Notes under the pieces: generated by a model
Told to the model about the DNA's origin: nothing
Databases searched by the model: none
Seen by the model: the letters and a program-made list of their open reading frames with translations, nothing else
In this document: one piece after another, positions 41,101 through 56,009 of the stretch
Layout: every line of letters starts with the position of its first letter
How positions within the stretch are numbered: position 1 is the first letter of the stretch
Program-made: the position numbers and the translations under genes
From: Auanema rhodensis
Taxonomy: Eukaryota > Animalia > Nematoda
Assembly (NCBI GenBank): GCA_964057225.1
Contig: OZ059894.1
Coordinates: 18,538,001-18,602,000, forward strand
Length of the DNA stretch: 64,000 nucleotides
Direction of reading: 5' to 3'

Positions 41101-44100
41101 CTACATTGAGAAACGCTCAAAACAAAAATTAGTTATGATCGTTTGAAAAATGATGCATTAGTGTATGTTGAGTTTCCATGTACACTCAACATTGCTTCCA
41201 AAAACATTTTGACAAAAATTTTTTCGAAAAATTTCAAAATAATTTAGCAAAAAGTAGATGTTTTTAGATTCCTTTTTTCAAGGCAAAGACGATGGACAAT
41301 GTTATTCAACGAAAAAATTAATTCTTCAGGGTGAAAATCGAGGATATAAGTGTGAACTTATATCAGTTGATATCTCGGTGCATTTTTAAGCTAGCGCAAA
41401 TCTGTTAACACAGATCAACGCAGCTTAAAAATCCGCATCGAATGCACTATACTACATTGAGAAACGCTTAATACAAAAATTAGTTATGATCGTTTGAAAA
41501 ATGATGCATTAGTGTATGTTGAGTTTCCATGTACACTCAACATTGCTTCCAAAAACATTTTGACAAAAATTTTTTCGAAAAATTTCAAAATAATTCAGCA
41601 AAAAGTAGATGTTTTTAGATTCCTTTTTTCAAGGCAAAGACGATGGACAATGTTATTCAACGAAAAAATTAATTCTTCAGGGTGAAAATCGAGGATATAA
41701 GTGTGAACTTATATCAGTTGATATCTCGGTGTATTTTTAAGCTAGCGCAAATCTGTTAACACAGATCAACGCAGCTTAAAAATCCGCATCGAATGCACTA
41801 TACTACATTGAGAAACGCTTAATACAAAATTTAGTTATGATCGTTTGAAAAATGATGCATTAGTGTATGTTGAGTTTCCATGTACACTCAACATTGCTTC
41901 CAAAAACATTTTGACAAAAATTTTTTCGAAAAATTTCAAAATAATTTAGCAAAAAGTAGATGTTTTTAGATTCCTTTTTTCAAGGCAAAGACGATGGACA
42001 ATGTTATTCAACGAAAAAATTAATTCTTCAGGGTGAAAATCGAGGATATAAGTGTGAACTTATATCAGTTGATATCTCGGTGCATTTTTAAGCTAGCGCA
42101 AATCTGTTAACACAGATCAACGCAGCTTAAAAATCCGCATCGAATGCACTATACTACATTGAGAAACGCTTAAAACAAAAATTAGTTATGATCGTTTGAA
42201 AAATGATGCATTAGTGTATGTTGAGTTTCCATGTACACTCAACATTGCTTCCAAAAACATTTTGACAAAAATTTTTTCGAAAAATTTCAAAATAATTTAG
42301 CAAAAAGTAGATGTTTTTAGATTCCTTTTTTCAAGGCAAAGACGATGGACAATGTTATTAAACGAAAAAATTAATTCTTCAGGGTGAAAATCGAGGATAT
42401 AAGTGTGAACTTATATCAGTTGATATCTCGGTGTATTTTTAAGCTAGCGCAAATCTGTTAACACAGATCAACGCAGCTTAAAAATCCGCATCGAATGCAC
42501 TATACTACATTGAGAAACGCTTAATACAAAATTTAGTTATGATCGTTTGAAAAATGATGCATTAGTGTATGTTGAGTTTCCATGTACACTCAACATTGCT
42601 TCCAAAAACATTTTGACAAAAATTTTTTCGAAAAATTTCAAAATAATTTAGCAAAAAGTAGATGTTTTTAGATTCCTTTTTTCAAGGCAAAGACGATGGA
42701 CAATGTTATTCAACGAAAAAATTAATTCTTCAGGGTGAAAATCGAGGATATAAGTGTGAACTTATATCAGTTGATATCTCGGTGCAATTTTAAGCTAGCG
42801 CAAATCTGATAACACAGATCGACGCAGCTTAAAAATCCGCATCGAATGCACTATACTACATTGAGAAACGCTTAATACAAAAATTAGTTATGATCGTTTG
42901 AAAAATGATGCATTAGTGTATGTTGAGTTTCCATGTACACTCAACATTGCTTCCAAAAACATTTTGACAAAAATTTTTTCGAAAAATTTCAAAATAATTT
43001 AGCAAAAAGTAGATGTTTTTAGATTCCTTTTTTCAAGGCAAAGACGATGGACAATGTTATTCAACGAAAAAATTAATTCTTCAGGGTGAAAATCGAGGAT
43101 ATAAGTGTGAACTTATATCAGTTGATATCTCGGTGTATTTTTAAGCTAGCGCAAATCTGTTAACACAGATCAACGCAGCTTAAAAATCCGCATCGAATGC
43201 ACTATACTACATTGAGAAACGCTTAATACAAAATTTAGTTATGATCGTTTGAAAAATGATGCATTAGTGTATGTTGAGTTTCCATGTACACTCAACATTG
43301 CTTCCAAAAACATTTTGACAAAAATTTTTTCGAAAAATTTCAAAATAATTTAGCAAAAAGTAGATGTTTTTAGATTCCTTTTTTCAAGGCAAAGACGATG
43401 GACAATGTTATTCAACGAAAAAATTAATTCTTCAGGGTGAAAATCGAGGATATAAGTGTGAACTTATATCAGTTGATATCTCGGTGTATTTTTAAGCTAG
43501 CGCAAATCTGTTAACACAGATCAACGCAGCTTAAAAATCCGCATCGAATGCACTATACTACATTGAGAAACGCTTAATACAAAAATTAGTTATGATCGTT
43601 TGAAAAATGATGCATTAGTGTATGTTGAGTTTCCATGTACACTCAACATTGCTTCCAAAAACATTTTGACAAAAATTTTTTCGAAAAATTTCAAAATAAT
43701 TTAGCAAAAAGTAGATGTTTTTAGATTCCTTTTTTCAAGGCAAAGACGATGGACAATGTTATTCAACGAAAAAATTAATTCTTCAGGGTGAAAATCGAGG
43801 ATATAAGTGTGAACTTATATCAGTTGATATCTCGGTGCATTTTTAAGCTAGCGCAAATCTATTAACACAGATCAACGCAGCTTAAAAATCCGCATCGAAT
43901 GCACTATACTACATTGAGAAACGCTTAAAACAAAAATTAGTTATGATCGTTTGAAAAATGATGCATTAGTGTATGTTGAGTTTCCATGTACACTCAACAT
44001 TGCTTCCAAAAACATTTTGACAAAAATTTTTTCGAAAAATTTCAAAATAATTTAGCAAAAAGTAGATGTTTTTAGATTCCTTTTTTCAAGGCAAAGACGA

Positions 44101-47100
44101 TGGACAATGTTATTCAACGAAAAAATTAATTCTTCAGGGTGAAAATCGAGGATATAAGTGTGAACTTATATCAGTTGATATCTCGGTGTATTTTTAAGCT
44201 AGCGCAAATCTGTTAACACAGATCAACGCAGCTTAAAAATCCGCATCGAATGCACTATACTACATTGAGAAACGCTTAATACAAAATTTAGTTATGATCG
44301 TTTGAAAAATGATGCATTAGTGTATGTTGAGTTTCCATGTACACTCAACATTGCTTCCAAAAACATTTTGACAAAAATTTTTTCGAAACATTTCAAAATA
44401 ATTTAGCAAAAAGTAGATGTTTTTAGATTCCTTTTTTCAAGGCAAAGACGATGGACAATGTTATTCAACGAAAAAATTAATTCTTCAGGGTGAAAATTGA
44501 GGATATAAGTGTGAACTTATTTCAGTTGATATCTCGGTGCATTTTTAAGCTAGCGCAAATCTGTTAACACAGATCAACGCAGCTTAAAAATCCGCATCGA
44601 ATGCACTATACTACATTGAGAAACGCTCAAAACAAAAATTAGTTATGATCGTTTGAAAAATGATGCATTAGTGTATGTTGAGTTTCCATGTACACTCAAC
44701 ATTGCTTCCAAAAACATTTTGACAAAATTTTTTTCGAAAAATTTCAAAATAATTTAGCAAAAAGTAGATGTTTTTAGATTCCTTTTTTTCAAGGCAAAGA
44801 CGATGGACAATGTTATTCAACGAAAAAATTAATTCTTCAGGGTGAAAATCGAGGATATAAGTGTGAACTTATATCAGTTGATATCTCGGTGCATTTTTAA
44901 GCTAGCACAAATCTGATAACACAGATCGACGCAGCTTAAAAATCCGCATCGAATGCACTATACTACATTGAGAAACGCTTAATACAAAAATTAGTTATGA
45001 TCGTTTGAAAAATGATGCATTAGTGTATGTTGAGTTTCCATGTACACTCAACATTGCTTCCAAAAACATTTTGACAAAAATTTTTTCGAAAAATTTCAAA
45101 ATAATTTAGCAAAAAGTAGATGTTTTTAGATTCCTTTTTTCAAGGCAAAGACGATGGACAATGTTATTCAACGAAAAAATTAATTCTTCAGGGTGAAAAT
45201 CGAGGATATAAGTGTGAACTTATATCAGTTGATATCTCGGTGCATTTTTAAGCTAGCGCAAATCTGATAACACAGATCGACGCAGCTTAAAAATCCGCAT
45301 CGAATGCACTATACTACATTGAGAAACGCTTAATACAAAAATTAGTTATGATCGTTTGAAACATGATGCATTGCTTCAACATTGCTTCCAAAAACATTTT
45401 GACAAAAATTTTTTCGAAAAATTTCAAAATAATTTAGCAAAAAGTAGATGTTTTTAGATTCCTTTTTTCAAGGCAAAGACGATGGACAATGTTATTCAAC
45501 GAAAAAATTAATTCTTCAGGGTGAAAATCGAGGATATAAGTGTGAACTTATATCAGTTGATATCTCGGTGCATTTTTAAGCTAGCGCAAATCTGATAACA
45601 CAGATCGACGCAGCTTAAAAATCCGCATCGAATGCACTATACTACATTGAGAAACGCTTAATACAAAAATTAGTTATGATCGTTTGAAACATGATGCATT
45701 GCTTCAACATTGCTTCCAAAAACATTTTGACAAAAATTTTTTCGAAAAATTTCAAAATAATTTAGCAAAAAGTAGATGTTTTTGATGCATTGCTTCAACA
45801 TTGCTTCCAAAAACATTTTGACAAAAATTTTTTCGAAAAATTTCAAAATAATTTAGCAAAAAGTAGATGTTTTTAGATTCCTTTTTTCAAGGCAAAGACG
45901 ATGGACAATGTCATTCAACGAAAAAATTAATTCTTCAGGGTGAAAATCGAGGATATAAGTGTGAACTTATATCAGTTGATATCTCGGTGCATTTTTAAGC
46001 TAGCGCAAATCTGATAACACAGATCGACGCAGCTTAAAAATCCGCATCGAATGCACTATACTACATTGAGAAACGCTCAAAACAAAAATTAGTTATGATC
46101 GTTTGAAAAATGATGCATTAGTGTATGTTGAGTTTCCATGTACACTCAACATTGCTTCCAAAAACATTTTGACAAAAATTTTTTCGAAAAATTTCAAAAT
46201 AATTTAGCAAAAAGTAGATGTTTTTAGATTCCTTTTTTCAAGGCAAAGACGATGGACAATGTTATTCAACGAAAAAATTAATTCTTCAGGGTGAAAATCG
46301 AGGATATAAGTGTGAACTTATATCAGTTGATATCTCGGTGTATTTTTAAGCTAGCGCAAATCTGTTAACACAGATCAACGCAGCTTAAAAATCCGCATCG
46401 AATGCACTATACTACATTGAGAAACGCTTAATACAAAATTTAGTTATGATCGTTTGAAAAATGATGCATTAGTGTATGTTGAGTTTCCATGTACACTCAA
46501 CATTGCTTCCAAAAACATTTTGACAAAAATTTTTTCGAAACATTTCAAAATAATTTAGCAAAAAGTAGATGTTTTTAGATTCCTTTTTTCAAGGCAAAGA
46601 CGATGGACAATGTTATTCAACGAAAAAATTAATTCTTCAGGGTGAAAATTGAGGATATAAGTGTGAACTTATTTCAGTTGATATCTCGGTGCATTTTTAA
46701 GCTAGCGCAAATCTGTTAACACAGATCAACGCAGCTTAAAAATCCGCATCGAATGCACTATACTACATTGAGAAACGCTCAAAACAAAAATTAGTTATGA
46801 TCGTTTGAAAAATGATGCATTAGTGTATGTTGAGTTTCCATGTACACTCAACATTGCTTCCAAAAACATTTTGACAAAATTTTTTTCGAAAAATTTCAAA
46901 ATAATTTAGCAAAAAGTAGATGTTTTTAGATTCCTTTTTTTCAAGGCAAAGACGATGGACAATGTTATTCAACGAAAAAATTAATTCTTCAGGGTGAAAA
47001 TCGAGGATATAAGTGTGAACTTATATCAGTTGATATCTCGGTGCATTTTTAAGCTAGCGCAAATCTGTTAACACAGATCAACGCAGCTTAAAAATCCGCA

Positions 47101-50100
47101 TCGAATGCACTATACTACATTGAGAAACGCTTAATACAAAAATTAGTTATGATCGTTTGAAAAATGATGCATTAGTGTATGTTGAGTTTCCATGTACACT
47201 CAACATTGCTTCCAAAAACATTTTGACAAAAATTTTTTCGAAAAATTTCAAAATAATTTAGCAAAAAGTAGATGTTTTTAGATTCCTTTTTTCAAGGCAA
47301 AGACGATGGACAATGTTATTCAACGAAAAAATTAATTCTTCAGGGTGAAAATCGAGGATATAAGTGTGAACTTATATCAGTTGATATCTCGGTGCATTTT
47401 TAAGCTAGCGCAAATCTGATAACACAGATCGACGCAGCTTAAAAATCCGCATCGAATGCACTATACTACATTGAGAAACGCTTAATACAAAAATTAGTTA
47501 TGATCGTTTGAAACATGATGCATTGCTTCAACATTGCTTCCAAAAACATTTTGACAAAAATTTTTTCGAAAAATTTCAAAATAATTTAGCAAAAAGTAGA
47601 TGTTTTTAGATTCCTTTTTTCAAGGCAAAGACGATGGACAATGTTATTCAACGAAAAAATTAATTCTTCAGGGTGAAAATCGAGGATATAAGTGTGAACT
47701 TATATCAGTTGATATCTCGGTGCATTTTTAAGCTAGCGCAAATCTGATAACACAGATCGACGCAGCTTAAACATCCGCATCGAATGCACTATACTACATT
47801 GAGAAACGCTTAATACAAAAATTAGTTATGATCGTTTGAAACATGATGCATTGCTTCAACATTGCTTCCAAAAACATTTTGACAAAAATTTTTTCGAAAA
47901 ATTTCAAAATAATTTAGCAAAAAGTAGATGTTTTTGATGCATTGCTTCAACATTGCTTCCAAAAACATTTTGACAAAAATTTTTTCGAAAAATTTCAAAA
48001 TAATTTAGCAAAAAGTAGATGTTTTTAGATTCCTTTTTTCAAGGCAAAGACGATGGACAATGTCATTCAACGAAAAAATTAATTCTTCAGGGTGAAAATC
48101 GAGGATATAAGTGTGAACTTATATCAGTTGATATCTCGGTGCATTTTTAAGCTAGCGCAAATCTGATAACACAGATCGACGCAGCTTAAAAATCCGCATC
48201 GAATGCACTATACTACATTGAGAAACGCTCAAAACAAAAATTAGTTATGATCGTTTGAAAAATGATGCATTAGTGTATGTTGAGTTTCCATGTACACTCA
48301 ACATTGCTTCCAAAAACATTTTGACAAAAATTTTTTCGAAAAATTTCAAAATAATTTAGCAAAAAGTAGATGTTTTTAGATTCCTTTTTTCAAGGCAAAG
48401 ACGATGGACAATGTTATTCAACGAAAAAATTAATTCTTCAGGGTGAAAATCGAGGATATAAGTGTGAACTTATATCAGTTGATATCTCGGTGCATTTTTA
48501 AGCTAGCGCAAATCTGTTAACACAGATCAACGCAGCTTAAAAATCCGCATCGAATGCACTATACTACATTGAGAAACGCTTAATACAAAAATTAGTTATG
48601 ATCGTTTGAAAAATGATGCATTAGTGTATGTTGAGTTTCCATGTACACTCAACATTGCTTCCAAAAACATTTTGACAAAAATTTTTTCGAAAAATTTCAA
48701 AATAATTTAGCAAAAAGTAGATGTTTTTAGATTCCTTTTTTCAAGGCAAAGACGATGGACAATGTTATTCAACGAAAAAATTAATTCTTCAGGGTGAAAA
48801 TCGAGGATATAAGTGTGAACTTATATCAGTTGATATCTCGGTGTATTTTTAAGCTAGCGCAAATCTGTTAACACAGATCAACGCAGCTTAAAAATCCGCA
48901 TCGAATGCACTATACTACATTGAGAAACGCTTAATACAAAATTTAGTTATGATCGTTTGAAAAATGATGCATTAGTGTATGTTGAGTTTCCATGTACACT
49001 CAACATTGCTTCCAAAAACATTTTGACAAAAATTTTTTCGAAAAATTTCAAAATAATTTAGCAAAAAGTAGATGTTTTTAGATTCCTTTTTTCAAGGCAA
49101 AGACGATGGACAATGTTATTCAACGAAAAAATTAATTCTTCAGGGTGAAAATCGAGGATATAAGTGTGAACTTATATCAGTTGATATCTCGGTGCATTTT
49201 TAAGCTAGCGCAAATCTGATAACACAGATCAACGCAGCTTAAAAATCCGCATCGAATGCACTATACTACATTGAGAAACGCTCAAAACAAAAATTAGTTA
49301 TGATCGTTTGAAAAATGATGCATTAGTGTATGTTGAGTTTCCATGTACACTCAACATTGCTTCCAAAAACATTTTGACAAAAATTTTTTCGAAAAATTTC
49401 AAAATAATTTAGCAAAAAGTAGATGTTTTTAGATTCCTTTTTTCAAGGCAAAGACGATGGACAATGTTATTCAACGAAAAAATTAATTCTTCAGGGTGAA
49501 AATCGAGGATATAAGTGTGAACTTATATCAGTTGATATCTCGGTGCATTTTTAAGCTAGCGCAAATCTGTTAACACAGATCAACGCAGCTTAAAAATCCG
49601 CATCGAATGCACTATACTACATTGAGAAACGCTTAATACAAAAATTAGTTATGATCGTTTGAAAAATGATGCATTAGTGTATGTTGAGTTTCCATGTACA
49701 CTCAACATTGCTTCCAAAAACATTTTGACAAAAATTTTTTCGAAAAATTTCAAAATAATTTAGCAAAAAGTAGATGTTTTTAGATTCCTTTTTTCAAGGC
49801 AAAGACGATGGACAATGTTATTCAACGAAAAAATTAATTCTTCAGGGTGAAAATCGAGGATATAAGTGTGAACTTATATCAGTTGATATCTCGGTGTATT
49901 TTTAAGCTAGCGCAAATCTGTTAACACAGATCAACGCAGCTTAAAAATCCGCATCGAATGCACTATACTACATTGAGAAACGCTTAATACAAAATTTAGT
50001 TATGATCGTTTGAAAAATGATGCATTAGTGTATGTTGAGTTTCCATGTACACTCAACATTGCTTCCAAAAACATTTTGACAAAAATTTTTTCGAAAAATT

Positions 50101-53100
50101 TCAAAATAATTTAGCAAAAAGTAGATGTTTTTAGATTCCTTTTTTCAAGGCAAAGACGATGGACAATGTTATTCAACGAAAAAATTAATTCTTCAGGGTG
50201 AAAATCGAGGATATAAGTGTGAACTTATATCAGTTGATATCTCGGTGCATTTTTAAGCTAGCGCAAATCTGTTAACACAGATCAACGCAGCTTAAAAATC
50301 CGCATCGAATGCACTATACTACATTGAGAAACGCTTAAAACAAAAATTAGTTATGATCGTTTGAAAAATGATGCATTAGTGTATGTTGAGTTTCCATGTA
50401 CACTCAACATTGCTTCCAAAAACATTTTGACAAAAATTTTTTCGAAAAATTTCAAAATAATTTAGCAAAAAGTAGATGTTTTTAGATTCCTTTTTTCAAG
50501 GCAAAGACGATGGACAATGTTATTCAACGAAAAAATTAATTCTTCAGGGTGAAAATCGAGGATATAAGTGTGAACTTATATCAGTTGATATCTCGGTGTA
50601 TTTTTAAGCTAGCGCAAATCTGTTAACACAGATCAACGCAGCTTAAAAATCCGCATCGAATGCACTATACTACATTGAGAAACGCTTAATACAAAATTTA
50701 GTTATGATCGTTTGAAAAATGATGCATTAGTGTATGTTGAGTTTCCATGTACACTCAACATTGCTTCCAAAAACATTTTGACAAAAATTTTTTCGAAAAA
50801 TTTCAAAATAATTTAGCAAAAAGTAGATGTTTTTAGATTCCTTTTTTCAAGGCAAAGACGATGGACAATGTTATTCAACGAAAAAATTAATTCTTCAGGG
50901 TGAAAATCGAGGATATAAGTGTGAACTTATATCAGTTGATATATCGGTGCATTTTTAAGCTAGCGCAAATCTATTAACACAGATCAACGCAGCTTAAAAA
51001 TCCGCATCGAATGCACTATACTACATTGAGAAACGCTTAAAACAAAAATTAGTTATGATCGTTTGAAAAATGATGCATTAGTGTATGTTGAGTTTCCATG
51101 TACACTCAACATTGCTTCCAAAAACATTTTGACAAAAATTTTTTCGAAAAATTTCAAAATAATTTAGCAAAAAGTAGATGTTTTTAGATTCCTTTTTTCA
51201 AGGCAAAGACGATGGACAATGTTATTCAACGAAAAAATTAATTCTTCAGGGTGAAAATCGAGGATATAAGTGTGAACTTATATCAGTTGATATCTCGGTG
51301 TATTTTTAAGCTAGCGCAAATCTGTTAACACAGATCAACGCAGCTTAAAAATCCGCATCGAATGCACTATACTACATTGAGAAACGCTTAATACAAAATT
51401 TAGTTATGATCGTTTGAAAAATGATGCATTAGTGTATGTTGAGTTTCCATGTACACTCAACATTGCTTCCAAAAACATTTTGACAAAAATTTTTTCGAAA
51501 CATTTCAAAATAATTTAGCAAAAAGTAGATGTTTTTAGATTCCTTTTTTCAAGGCAAAGACGATGGACAATGTTATTCAACGAAAAAATTAATTCTTCAG
51601 GGTGAAAATTGAGGATATAAGTGTGAACTTATTTCAGTTGATATCTCGGTGCATTTTTAAGCTAGCGCAAATCTGTTAACACAGATCAACGCAGCTTAAA
51701 AATCCGCATCGAATGCACTATACTACATTGAGAAACGCTTAATACAAAAATTAGTTATGATCGTTTGAAAAATGATGCATTAGTGTATGTTGAGTTTCCA
51801 TGTACACTCAACATTGCTTCCAAAAACATTTTGACAAAAATTTTTTCGAAAAATTTCAAAATAATTTAGCAAAAAGTAGATGTTTTTAGATTCCTTTTTT
51901 TCAAGGCAAAGACGATGGACAATGTTATTCAACGAAAAAATTGATTCTTCAGGGTGAAAATCGAGGATATAAGTGTGAACTTATATCAGTTGATATCTCG
52001 GTGCAATTTTAAGCTAGCGCAAATCTGATAACACAGATCGACGCAGCTTAAAAATCCGCATCGAATGCACTATACTACATTGAGAAACGCTTAATACAAA
52101 AATTAGTTATGATCGTTTGAAACATGATGCATTGCTTCAACATTGCTTCCAAAAACATTTTGACAAAAATTTTTTCGAAAAATTTCAAAATAATTTAGCA
52201 AAAAGTAGATGTTTTTAGATTCCTTTTTTCAAGGCAAAGACGATGGACAATGTTATTCAACGAAAAAATTAATTCTTCAGGGTGAAAATCGAGGATATAA
52301 GTGTGAACTTATATCAGTTGATATCTCGGTGCAATTTTAAGCTAGCGCAAATCTGATAACACAGATCGACGCAGCTTAAAAATCCGCATCGAATGCACTA
52401 TACTACATTGAGAAACGCTTAATACAAAAATTAGTTATGATCGTTTGAAACATGATGCATTGCTTCAACATTGCTTCCAAAAACATTTTGACAAAAATTT
52501 TTTCGAAAAATTTCAAAATAATTTAGCAAAAAGTAGATGTTTTTGATGCATTGCTTCAACATTGCTTCCAAAAACATTTTGACAAAAATTTTTTCGAAAA
52601 ATTTCAAAATAATTTAGCAAAAAGTAGATGTTTTTAGATTCCTTTTTTCAAGGCAAAGACGATGGACAATGTTATTCAACGAAAAAATTAATTCTTCAGG
52701 GTGAAAATCGAGGATATAAGTGTGAACTTATATCAGTTGATATCTCGGTGCATTTTTAAGCTAGCGCAAATCTGATAACACAGATCGACGCAGCTTAAAA
52801 ATCCGCATCGAATGCACTATACTACATTGAGAAACGCTTAATACAAAAATTAGTTATGATCGTTTGAAACATGATGCATTGCTTCAACATTGCTTCCAAA
52901 AACATTTTGACAAAAATTTTTTCGAAAAATTTCAAAATAATTTAGCAAAAAGTAGATGTTTTTAGATTTCTTTTTTCAAGGCAAAGACGATGGACAATGT
53001 TATTCAACGAAAAAATTATTTCTTCAGGGTGAAAATCGAGGATATAAGTGTGAACTTATATCAGTTGATATCTCGGTGCATTTTTAAGCTAGCGCAAATC

Positions 53101-53933
53101 TGATAACACAGATCGACGCAGCTTAAAAATCCGCATCGAATGCACTATACTACATTGAGAAACGCTTAATACAAAAATTAGTTATGATCGTTTGAAACAT
53201 GATGCATTGCTTCAACATTGCTTCCAAAAACATTTTGACAAAAATTTTTTCGAAAAATTTCAAAATAATTTAGCAAAAAGTAGATGTTTTTGATGCATTG
53301 CTTCAACATTGCTTCCAAAAACATTTTGACAAAAATTTTTTTCGAAAAATTTCAAAATAATTTAGCAAAAAGTAGATGTTTTTAGATTCCTTTTTTCAAG
53401 GCAAAGACGATGGACAATGTCATTCAACGAAAAAATTAATTCTTCAGGGTGAAAATCGAGGATATAAGTGTGAACTTATATCAGTTGATATCTCGGTGCA
53501 TTTTTAAGCTAGCGCAAATCTGATAACACAGATCGACGCAGCTTAAAAATCCGCATCGAATGCACTATACTACATTGAGAAACGCTCAAAACAAAAATTA
53601 GTTATGATCGTTTGAAAAATGATGCATTAGTGTATGTTGAGTTTCCATGTACACTCAACATTGCTTCCAAAAACATTTTGACAAAAATTTTTTCGAGAAA
53701 TTTCAAAATAATTTAGCAAAAAGTAGATGTTTTTAGATTCCTTTTTTTCAAGGCAAAGACGATGGACAATGTTATTCAACGAAAAAATTAATTCTTCAGG
53801 GTGAAAATCGAGGATATAAGTGTGAACTTATATCAGTTGATATCTCGGTGCATTTTTAAGCTAGCGCAAATCTGATAACACAGATCAACGCAGCTTAAAA
53901 ATCCGCATCGAATGCACTATACTACATTGAGAA

Positions 53934-54375
53934 ACGCTCAAAACAAAAATTAGTTATGATCGTTTGAAAAATGATGCATTAGTGTATGTTGAGTTTCCAT
54001 GTACACTCAACATTGCTTCCAAAAACATTTTGACAAAAATTTTTTCGAAAAATTTCAAAATAATTTAGCAAAAAGTAGATGTTTTTGATGCATTGCTTCA
54101 ACATTGCTTCCAAAAACATTTTGACAAAAATTTTTTCGAAAAATTTCAAAATAATTTAGCAAAAAGTAGATGTTTTTAGATTCCTTTTTTCAAGGCAAAG
54201 ACGATGGACAATGTTATTCAACGAAAAAATTAATTCTTCAGGGTGAAAATCGAGGATATAAGTGTGAACTTATATCAGTTGATATCTCGGTGCATTTTAA
54301 AGCTAGCGCAAATCTGATAACACAGATCGACGCAGCTGAAAAATCCGCATCGAATGCACTATACTACATTGAGAA
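53934..54375. repeat. 442-bp chimeric monomer (undeleted head plus the 91-bp segment of the deleted type); second copy 55568-56009
   Basis: Periods 53934 to 54376 and 55568 to 56010 are both 442. Confidence 0.92.
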
Positions 54376-56009
54376 ACGCTTAATACAAAAATTAGTTATG
54401 ATCGTTTGAAACATGATGCATTGCTTCAACATTGCTTCCAAAAACATTTTGACAAAAATTTTTTCGAAAAATTTCAAAATAATTTAGCAAAAAGTAGATG
54501 TTTTTGATGCATTGCTTCAACATTGCTTCCAAAAACATTTTGACAAAAATTTTTTTCGAAAAATTTCAAAATAATTTAGCAAAAAGTAGATGTTTTTAGA
54601 TTCCTTTTTTCAAGGCAAAGACGATGGACAATGTTATTCAACGAAAAAATTAATTCTTCAGGGTGAAAATCGAGGATATAAGTGTGAACTTATATCAGTT
54701 GATATCTCGGTGCATTTTTAAGCTAGCGCAAATCTGATAACACAGATCGACGCAGCTTAAAAATCCGCATCGAATGCACTATACTACATTGAGAAACGCT
54801 TAATACAAAAATTAGTTATGATCGTTTGAAACATGATGCATTGCTTCAACATTGCTTCCAAAAACATTTTGACAAAAATTTTTTCGAAAAATTTCAAAAT
54901 AATTTAGCAAAAAGTAGATGTTTTTGATGCATTGCTTCAACATTGCTTCCAAAAACATTTTGACAAAAATTTTTTTCGAAAAATTTCAAAATAATTTAGC
55001 AAAAAGTAGATGTTTTTAGATTCCTTTTTTCAAGGCAAAGACGATGGACAATGTCATTCAACGAAAAAATTAATTCTTCAGGGTGAAAATCGAGGATATA
55101 AGTGTGAACTTATATCAGTTGATATCTCGGTGCATTTTTAAGCTAGCGCAAATCTGATAACACAGATCGACGCAGCTTAAAAATCCGCATCGAATGCACT
55201 ATACTACATTGAGAAACGCTCAAAACAAAAATTAGTTATGATCGTTTGAAAAATGATGCATTAGTGTATGTTGAGTTTCCATGTACACTCAACATTGCTT
55301 CCAAAAACATTTTGACAAAAATTTTTTCGAGAAATTTCAAAATAATTTAGCAAAAAGTAGATGTTTTTAGATTCCTTTTTTTCAAGGCAAAGACGATGGA
55401 CAATGTTATTCAACGAAAAAATTAATTCTTCAGGGTGAAAATCGAGGATATAAGTGTGAACTTATATCAGTTGATATCTTGGTGCATTTTTAAGCTAGCG
55501 CAAATCTGATAACACAGATCAACGCAGCTTAAAAATCCGCATCGAATGCACTATACTACATTGAGAAACGCTCAAAACAAAAATTAGTTATGATCGTTTG
55601 AAAAATGATGCATTAGTGTATGTTGAGTTTCCATGTACACTCAACATTGCTTCCAAAAACATTTTGACAAAAATTTTTTCGAAAAATTTCAAAATAATTT
55701 AGCAAAAAGTAGATGTTTTTGATGCATTGCTTCAACATTGCTTCCAAAAACATTTTGACAAAAATTTTTTCGAAAAATTTCAAAATAATTTAGCAAAAAG
55801 TAGATGTTTTTAGATTCCTTTTTTCAAGGCAAAGACGATGGACAATGTTATTCAACGAAAAAATTAATTCTTCAGGGTGAAAATCGAGGATATAAGTGTG
55901 AACTTATATCAGTTGATATCTCGGTGCATTTTAAAGCTAGCGCAAATCTGATAACACAGATCGACGCAGCTGAAAAATCCGCATCGAATGCACTATACTA
56001 CATTGAGAA

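Noticed and set aside
41494-41685. 63-aa ORF
   Set aside because: It is created by a singleton T>C at 41596 (TAG to CAG). Other monomers have the stop.
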